DNA of 64,000 bases. It comes from the human T2T-CHM13v2.0 reference genome, Homo sapiens. Positions 53,775-64,000 of the stretch are shown piece by piece. Location: NCBI RefSeq assembly GCF_009914755.1, contig NC_060945.1; one strand, 5' to 3'. The notes below the pieces were generated by a model. That model made no database searches. It was given only the letters and a program-made list of their open reading frames with translations, and had not been told where the DNA came from. The translations under genes were made by a program, and so were the position numbers. Every line of letters starts with the position of its first letter. The stretch's first letter is position 1.

Positions 53775-56700
53775 TTTCGTGTGGACGGGGACCTGGAGTC
53801 CTGGGCGTCGCTCGGGCAGAGCCTGCACAGCATATCAGGGTGTAGGCCTGGGTGGCCTCGCCTCTGAGAGGGGTTGTGTTGACTCAGCTTGGCTGCTTTG
53901 AGGCTGTGTGACCCAGTGCAGGTGGCAGAACCTCTCGGTGCTTCAGTTTCCTTCTCTGTAAGACAGGAGGGCAATCCTAACACCTGCCGTGAGGTTGCCA
54001 GAGTTGATTACGTCACTTGCATAAAATGCTTGGACCAATGCCTGGCTCAGAGCGCAGCCGTGTGACTCCTGCTGTCCACCTGCCTCCTGGAGCTGAGGAG
54101 GGTCCCCCATGGGGTGGTCGTGCTGGGGGATGTGTAGGTGGTTCTGGGTTTTCTCTGTTAACAGCAGTGCTGCAGGGCCCCGTGTGTGCCTCTGTCTCCC
54201 TGCCCTGGGACTCTGAGGACTTTGCTGGCTCAGGGGACTGAGGGTGGCCGGCCTCAGAAGCCCCTCACAGGCCATGCTTTCCATGCCCCCAGCCCCATGG
54301 CCTGGGGGTGGAGGTGCGTGGAGTCCCCCCTCCTCTCTGTGGTTTCTATACTGCTTCGTCGGCAGGAGAACAAAGCTGTTCTGTTCTTTGAAACCCCACC
54401 TCGCTTCCCCTGAAATTTCTCTGAACCCAGGCGGAACCTTGGGAGCACAGAACGTCCCAGAAACAGCCTGGCAGAGCATCAGTGCGATATGTTGGAGCAG
54501 GGAGGAGGGGCCTGGCCCCTACTCTTGGGAGTGGGAAGGAATGCTGTGGTTTCTTTTGAGGTGGGCATGACACGTGCTAAGTGAGAGGAAAGAGTTGCTT
54601 GGCCGGTGCAGACGGACAGGCTCCAGCTCTTGGCGGTGCAGATGGACAAGCTCCAGCTCTCGCTGAAACCCTTTCCTGCCTTTGCTTGCGGGGCACACTG
54701 GGTGCTGTGAGATTTGGAGACGTCCCCGAAGACTCAGGCCCTCCAGGAGCCTCCCTGAACCCACATGTCCTTCCTGGCTGCTCTCGCCATCCTCCTTTAG
54801 GATTTATTTTTCAGTGAGTGAGCTGGCCGGCTTGGACACTAAAGCAGGGTGTTGAGTGTGTTTCTGGGGACTGTGTTGGGCTCCGTCAGTGCTGGTTCAA
54901 CATCCACACCGACCCGGCTGCCCTTGCATGGATTCCAGGTTGCGGGAGGGCCCCGGGCTTTGGCAATGCCTTCCAGGCTTGGTGGAAGCTTCTCAGTGGG
55001 TGGTGGGCTGGCTGACCCGAGGGCCCAGAGATAGAAAAGGGGTCTCTGGTCTGCCCTCAGGGGACTGGGATGAGGACAGGACCCCAGGCGCTTGGGAGCC
55101 TCCACAGTTGCAGAGCCAGGCAGACAGCCTGGGGGTGTCCCTTCCCATGGGGTCCAGCCTGTGGTTCCTGGGAGCCCCCACTCCAGCCTCCTCCAGATGC
55201 CATGGGGGGCCTGCTGGTTTAGGACCCCTTAGCCAGCTCAGTCTATGGCTGTGGGCTGGCTCCCAGCCCCCTGTACCCACACTCTCGGGGTCAGCTGTCT
55301 GTGCGGCCTGATCAGGAGGCCCCCGGGTAGCTTCCCTAAGGCTGTCTCTGTGGCTCAGGGGCAACTCCCTAGGGCAGTGAGGGCAGGTGTCACTCTCCCC
55401 TGCACCGGGGCCCTTCTGCCTGCTCCCCTTCCCTCGCCCCTGCCACACTGTGCTGCTGGGGAGTGAGGCTGGTGCATCGTGTACCTGCCCTGGGTGCCAC
55501 GGGAGCTGGTGGTCAAGACGGGGGACTCGGCCTCCTCCGTGCAGCCCCTCAGCCCCTCTGGGCTCCCGTGCCACCCACTGTGAGTGCGGTGCCCACGATG
55601 ACACTGTCTGTTCTGCAGACCTTGACAGAGCTGGAGGCGCTTTTTGTTTTTTGAGTTTTTTTGTTGTTGTTTTTCCTTTTTGTTCCCCCTACCCTCTGTC
55701 TAAGGGCTAGAGGTGCTTATTTTTCACCAAACTCACCTCCAGGAAGCATTTTACTGGTCCTGATTATGCACAAAGAAAGATGTCTGCATGCACGACGGGC
55801 CTCCCGCATTGTAGGGGCTGTTCTGCTCCGGGCACCCTTGTTCCAGGGCTGCGCTCCCCGGGCTGTCTCAGGGGCCACGTTGTCATGTTCCTCCTGCTGC
55901 GTGGCCCATCGTGCGTGCCCAGGACCAGCTCACGCCCTGTGTGACCGGCCACGTGAGCCCAGCCACAAGCAGCCGTGCGGACACTCGGGCCGTTTCCACT
56001 TTTTGGCTGTTGGGGTCATGCTGCCATGAACGTTTGTCTCAGTTCTCCAGTGAGCACCTAGGAGTTGAAGGTGGGGTTGCACAGGCTGCGCCTGATTTGG
56101 CAGGGAGCTGGGATGATGCTGCCAGGGAGCTCATTCGCGACTCTGCCCAGGGTTTTCCTTTTCCTTTTTCTGTTTTTTTTTTTTTTTTTTTGTGAGACAA
56201 GGTCTCCCTCTGTCATTCAGGCTGGAGTGCAGTCCTGCGGTCATGACTCACTGCAGCCTTGACTTCCTGAGCTCAAGAGATCCTCCCACCTCACCCTCTT
56301 AAGTGGCTGGGTCTACAGGTGTGCACCACCACACCGAGCTAATTTTGCTATTTTTCATAGAGACGGAGTCTCACTATGTTGCCCAAGGTGGTCTTGAACT
56401 CCTTGGGCTCAAGCGATCCTGCCCCCTCAGCCTCCCAAAGTGCTGGGATTACAGGTGTGAGACTCCACGCCCAGTCTTTTCTTTTTTCTTTTTTAGAGAC
56501 AAGGTCGGTCTCTGTCGCCCAGGCTGGCGTGAAGTGGCGCAACCAGCTCACTGCAGCCTTGACCTCCTGGGCTGAAGCAATCTTTCTGCCTCCACCTCCC
56601 GAGTGGCTGGGACTATAGTTGTGCACCAGCACGCCCACCTCCTGCCCAGGGTTGTTACTGGGGTGGTCACGTGGGCAGCTTCTGCCTGGGATGGGCCACA

Positions 56701-57210
56701 AAGCCAGACTCCCGGCAGGGACACGGGTGTTCCACACAAGCTGCGTTGTTGGTTCCCTGACGCCCTTCAGGCTGGGGGGTGGGAAAGCCGATCCCCCAAG
56801 TGCCTGCAGAGCCCACCTGGCGCAGGCCTCGCCGCCTCGAGGCTGCTGCTCGCACTTCTGCCCCTTCCCCCGGCCAGGCCCCCGTTCCTTGAGGCCGTAC
56901 CACAAGGTGCGTTCATTTTTCCACACCGTGAGCTGGGCTTGGCAGAGCCTCCACCTTGTGGCCAGTATTCCCAGTGGCCCCTTTGAGAGGATTTCCTGGA
57001 GCTCCCTGTCTGAGCTTCCCGGACTGAGGGCACTGGGAAGGAGCCTGCGGAGCTGGAGGTCAGCGGGTGGACGGGTTGCGCTGTCCTGGCTTTCGGAGTG
57101 TAGAGCCAGAGGGGATGGGACAGGTGCCCTGCTGCTGGGCTTGGTGGTCCCTGCTGCAGGGAAGGGGCAGCTGGTGTGAACACAAGGAGCTGCGGGGCTG
57201 GAGAAGGCCA

Positions 57211-57301
57211 GGGCCAGGAGCCTGCCGACGGACACCAGCGAGGGGCCAGGCCGGGCCAGGAGCCTGCCGACGGACACCAGCGAGGGGCCAGGCCGGGCCA
57301 G
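57211..57301 (+). repeat. Perfect 42-bp tandem duplication
   Basis: GGGCCAGGAGCCTGCCGACGGACACCAGCGAGGGGCCAGGCC x2.2. Confidence 0.95.
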
Positions 57302-57605
57302 ACTCCCTGGCCGGCTGGGATCTGACAGGAGCGCCAGGCTCCTTGGGCCGCCCGAGGAACCGCTTGTTTGCCTGTGCTTTTTCATCTGTAAATGGAATGA
57401 GTTGGACACAAGATCCAAGCGCCCTCCCCTGTTGGAGAAGGTTCTTGTGGGCTCTGGGCCCATCCCACATCCCACAGTGGGCAGGAGGCCACCAAGAGGT
57501 GCAAGACCATGCCCTCTGTTTCGATAGGAAGCTGGGCCTCAGAGGGGCCTGGGGCCTGTGTCTGAGACCCGGCCAAGTGCTGGACGTCTCCCCTTCCTCA
57601 TGGCT

Positions 57606-57962
57606 GTTATGGCTGAATTACGTCCCCCCAAATTCTCATGTTGCAGCCTTAACCCCAGCACCTCAGTGTGGGACTGGGTTTGGAGATGGAGCCCCTACAG
57701 AGGTCAGCAGGTTAAAAGAGGCCATCAGGGCTCTGGGTGGGCCCTGATCCAAGCTGCTTGGTGTCCTTGTAAGAAGAAGAGATGAGGACACAGACACACA
57801 CAGAGGGACAGCCCCATGAGGAAACAGGGAGGCAATGCCGTCTGCAAGCCCAGGGCAGAGGCCTCAGGAACCAGCCCTGGTGACACCTGGACCTTGGACC
57901 CCCGTGCCCAGGACAGTAGGAGAATTGGAGCCGCCTGGCTGCAGTCCTTCCCGATGGCACCC
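57606..57962 (+). mobile_element. MLT1-family MaLR LTR
   Basis: TGTTATGGCTGAATT...CCCCCAAATTC...GTGTCCTTGTAAGAAGA...GAGGCCTCAG hallmarks. Confidence 0.75.
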
Positions 57963-57990
57963 TGTATTAGTCCGTTCTCACACTGCTAAT

Positions 57991-58960
<970 letters not shown>

Positions 58961-60696
58961 CTAATAAAGACATACCTGAGACTGGGTCATTTGTAAAGGA
59001 AAAAGGTTTAATGGACTCACAGTTCAGCAGAGCTGGGGAGGCCTCAGGAAACTTACAGTTATGGCAGAAGGGGAAACAAACACCTCCTTCACATTGGCGG
59101 CAGGAAGGAGAAGTGCAGACTGAGGGGCCCAGGGTTTTAAAAGCCCCTTGAAACCATCAGCTTTTGTGAGAACTCAGTCACTATCATGAGAACAAGATGG
59201 GGGAACCACCCCCATGATTGAATGACCTCCTGCCAGGTCCCTCCCACAACATGTAGGGATTATGGGAACTGCAATTCAAGATGAGATTTGGGTGGGGACA
59301 CAGCCAGGCCATGTCACCTCCCCAGGAAAGGAGCACATGTGCAGCAGTGGTGAGTCCCACCCTGCCTGGAAAGATATCAAAATCCGAGGGCAGAAAGGAC
59401 CAGGAGGGACCATTGCTCACCTCCCTCCTCCTACCCCTTACCCCAAACCCCGCCCCAGCCTGGCAGAAGCCTCCTCAGGACACACCCTCCACCGGAGGGG
59501 CAGGCTGCTGTGTGAGGCACTGACCTCGCCCGCAGTGGATACCACCTGCCCCTCCTGACCCCAGTGACTGTTAACCCAGAGTCCATCAGGGGCTTGGTCT
59601 CTGGCAGACCCACCCCTCAGTGCGTACACTCTGGTGTCCCGGGCAGAGTACAGGGCAGGCGCCCCCAGGTGCACCCCCCAGATGCCGCACTGTGCCTGGA
59701 GCGTGGCTCCTGATGGCAGTCTCAGGACCTTTGCGCCACACGTCCTCCCGTGCGACGGCTGCTGGGGAAAGCCAAAGGCGTCCCTTCCAGCGGGAGCCAG
59801 CGACTGGTACGCAGGAGGGCCCTCAGGGGCAGGAGCCATGGAGCCCTCCTCTGGTGTGGGAATTCAGGGGATCTTAGCCACAGGGCATGGCGCGTGGGCG
59901 CAGAGCCGGCCGTGACCCACAAGTGCGTGATACTTGTACTTTGCTATTCTAGGAACCCATACATCAGTTTTCCTTATTTGCTGAAAAAGGCATGCATTAG
60001 AGGGGTGATTCATGTGGGAGGAGGCCGGGAGCCCCTCGATGTGAGGCGTTTCTCATGGGCGAATGTGGGGTATCCATGGTGGACCCCCACCCTGTGTGGA
60101 TGGCTGCCCCCTGAGCAGTGCTTTGAGCTGGAGCTGTGGTCAGGTTCCGCAGTGCAGGAAGGGCTCCCAGGAGGCTGGTGGTCCCGCCTGCAGGAAGCCG
60201 ACGCGTCTGTCCTCACACATTGATATGCCTGTCTGCCTGGGACGGACACTTCACCCTGGCTACCCATCGGGCCAAGGGCAGGTTGTATACACCTGGGCTG
60301 AGGCCTCTTTCTCATTCACATCTATCTCTTGCTCAGGAGTTGATCTAAGACAGGCTCTAATTGCACCTTAATAAGCTTGTTGGGGAGGAGTTGGGGGTGG
60401 GGACATAACAAGCCCTACCTGCCAGGGTATCCGGGTGACAGTGGCCGGTGGCCGAGCACCCCGGCCTGAATAGCTGGGGACTAATGCAGGAGACGCTGGG
60501 AAACAAGAGACTGTGACGTTGTGCGGAGGGAGTAGCCAGGGGCCTTCCGGACAGCAATGGCGGAGCAACGCAGCCGTGAGCTGGTGTGTCTCTCCCCACG
60601 CTCCTCCTGTACCTGGGACGCAGCTCCCGCAGGAACTGGCAGTGGGAGTGTGGGGGCCACGGAGGTCGTAGTAACCATCCCTGACAGTGCAGGGGC

Positions 60697-61081
60697 GGGG
60701 GGCTCGCGGGGGGCTCGCGGGGGGCTCGCGGGGGGCTGGCGGGGGGCTGGCGGGGGGCTCGCGGGGGGGCTCGCGGGGGGGCTCGCGGGGGGCTCGCGGG
60801 GGGCTCGCGGGGGGGCTCGCGGGGGGGCTCGCGGGGGGGCTCGCGGGGGGGCTCGCGGGGGGCTCGCGGGGGGCTCGCGGGGGGGCTCGCGGGGGGCTCG
60901 CGGGGGGCTCGCGGGGGGCTGGCGGGGGGCTCGCGGGGGGGCTCGCGGGGGGCTCGCGGGGGGGCTCGCGGGGGGGCTCGCGGGGGGCTCGCGGGGGGCT
61001 CGCGGGGGGGCTCGCGGGGGGCTCGCGGGGGGGCTCGCGGGGGGCTCGCGGGGGGCTCGCGGGGGGCTCGCGGGGGGCTCG
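60697..61081 (+). repeat. G-rich 11/12-mer VNTR (G6-7CTCGC)x34 in PDXK intron 2
   Basis: 34 units counted, 3 of them the CTGGC variant; no A in 385 bp. Confidence 0.98.
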
Positions 61082-61149
61082 AGGCGTCCCATGTGGGCAG
61101 CCGTTGGGACCTGCCAAGCACTGCGCCTAGTGATCTCCTTCGGGTTTGA

Positions 61150-61575
<426 letters not shown>

Positions 61576-61838
61576 TGACTGCCCAGGCTGTGCCAAGTCA
61601 CCCCCACTCCTGTGACCACACTGGGGTTCCAGTGCCCAGGGGAGGGTGCAGGCAGGGTGTTGGGAACGCTGACCGGGGCAGGACAGGTGGGTGGGACACT
61701 CAATTAGGTGACGGGCTGCTACCTGGTACACTGCCATCCTTTGTCAACTTTCTGGTTAAAAAAAAATTGTATTTGTATACATGTTTATTATTATTATTAT
61801 TTTTGAGACAGGGTCTCACTCTGTGGCCCAGGCTGTAG

Positions 61839-62140
<302 letters not shown>

Positions 62141-62629
62141 TAGAATTACAGGCGTGAGCCACTGCGCCCAGCCTCTCTACATGTCTAAAGGTCACATATA
62201 AGGCCAGGCACAGGGGCTCGAACCTGTAATCCCAGCACTTTGGGAAGACTAGGAGGGAGGCTCGCTTGAGACCAGGAGTTCAAAACCAGCCTGAGCGGCA
62301 TAGTGAGACCTTGTCTCTACAAAAAAATTTTTAAAAATTAATTAGCTGGGCACAGTCCCAGCTACTCGGGAAGCTCAGGTGGGAGGATGGCTTGAGCCTG
62401 GGAGTTCAAGGCTGCAGTGAGCTATGGTTGAACCACTGCACTCTGGACTAGGGGACAGAATGAGACCCTGTCTCAAAATAAATAAGATTAAAGTGTCATA
62501 TGCTTATTACTGAAAGTAGAAATATAAATAAAGGAAAGATCACTCCTTCACCTCTCGCCCGTGGGTTCATTCCTGTGAAGCACAGCGTTTCTGTTGAGAA
62601 ATGCTGCCGGGTCTGCCCTCCGTGTCTTT

Positions 62630-63545
<916 letters not shown>

Positions 63546-63759
63546 TGAATTGTGTCTGCTGGGCCTCTGAAGATGTTGGCCTGCTGAAGTCCGCTGGGCT
63601 AGAAGCGTTTGCAGGTGACCCTGGTGTCTTGTGTGGCTGGTGTGAGACAGGAAGGGGTGTCAGTGTGCTCGTATAGTGGGGCTGCTGTGTGAATGCCTGG
63701 GGCCCAGGCAGCACTGTTGTGTGACTACACTCACCCTAAAGGCGGAAGGGGCAAGGGGC

Positions 63760-63877
63760 CACACCCAGGCAGGGCCAGGCTAGGGAGTGGGGGAGGGCAG
63801 GGTCATACCCAGGCAGGGCCAGGCTAGGGAGTGGGGGGAGGGAGGGTCACACCCAGGCTGGGCCCGCTAGGGAGTGG
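63760..63877 (+). repeat. ~44-bp G-rich tandem repeat x2.7 in PDXK intron 4
   Basis: CACACCCAGGCAGGGCCAGGCTAGGGAGTGGGGGAGGGCAGGGT units. Confidence 0.9.
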
Positions 63878-64000
63878 CCAAGTCTTTGGGGCATCTGCCT
63901 TGATCGGTCTTTCGTTAGAGGCCAGGCAGTGCTGGATCCATCTTGACGCCTGGCAGAAGGGGCAGCGTCACCAAACCTTGCAGACAGGCTCTCTCTGGGG

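Noticed and set aside
56348-57747. 375-aa (-) and 226-aa (+) ORFs in PDXK intron 2
   Set aside because: GC-rich sequence, a 42-bp duplication and Alu sequence explain them; no family resemblance

Overview
Human (primate) genomic DNA, recognisable from the encoded proteins as the chr21q22.3 RRP1B-PDXK locus. The window holds the last 8 coding exons and the ~2.7 kb 3' UTR of RRP1B (+ strand, ending near 15620). A ~23 kb intergenic block follows, packed with Alu, L1 and LTR elements, many nested. The CpG-island promoter and coding exons 1-4 of PDXK (pyridoxal kinase, + strand) come last; PDXK continues beyond the window. All exon junctions were read by hand (GT-AG, consistent phases). Nearly all other ORFs in the supplied track are Alu- or GC-content artefacts. 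I cannot show a wholly new system, but four features are not explained by the standard gene models. (1) Two same-orientation solo LTRs (LTR14/HML-10-like) 40 kb apart bracket the PDXK promoter and exons 1-2. They are ~97.5% identical on one side of an Alu insertion but only ~86% on the other, which suggests ectopic gene conversion and a deletion substrate. (2) A candidate 9-nt frame-preserving microexon with an SRRM4-type UGC motif lies 46 nt upstream of exon 4 and would be sterically mutually exclusive with it. (3) An A-free (G6-7CTCGC)34 repeat in intron 2 is crossed by a strong-Kozak ATG ORF whose stop is the exon 3 acceptor TAG. (4) A 51-bp minisatellite with the PRDM9 13-mer in 11 of 12 units abuts the exon 4 acceptor region. 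Repeat family names and literature links come from memory and need checking; repeat boundaries are approximate unless a TSD is given.
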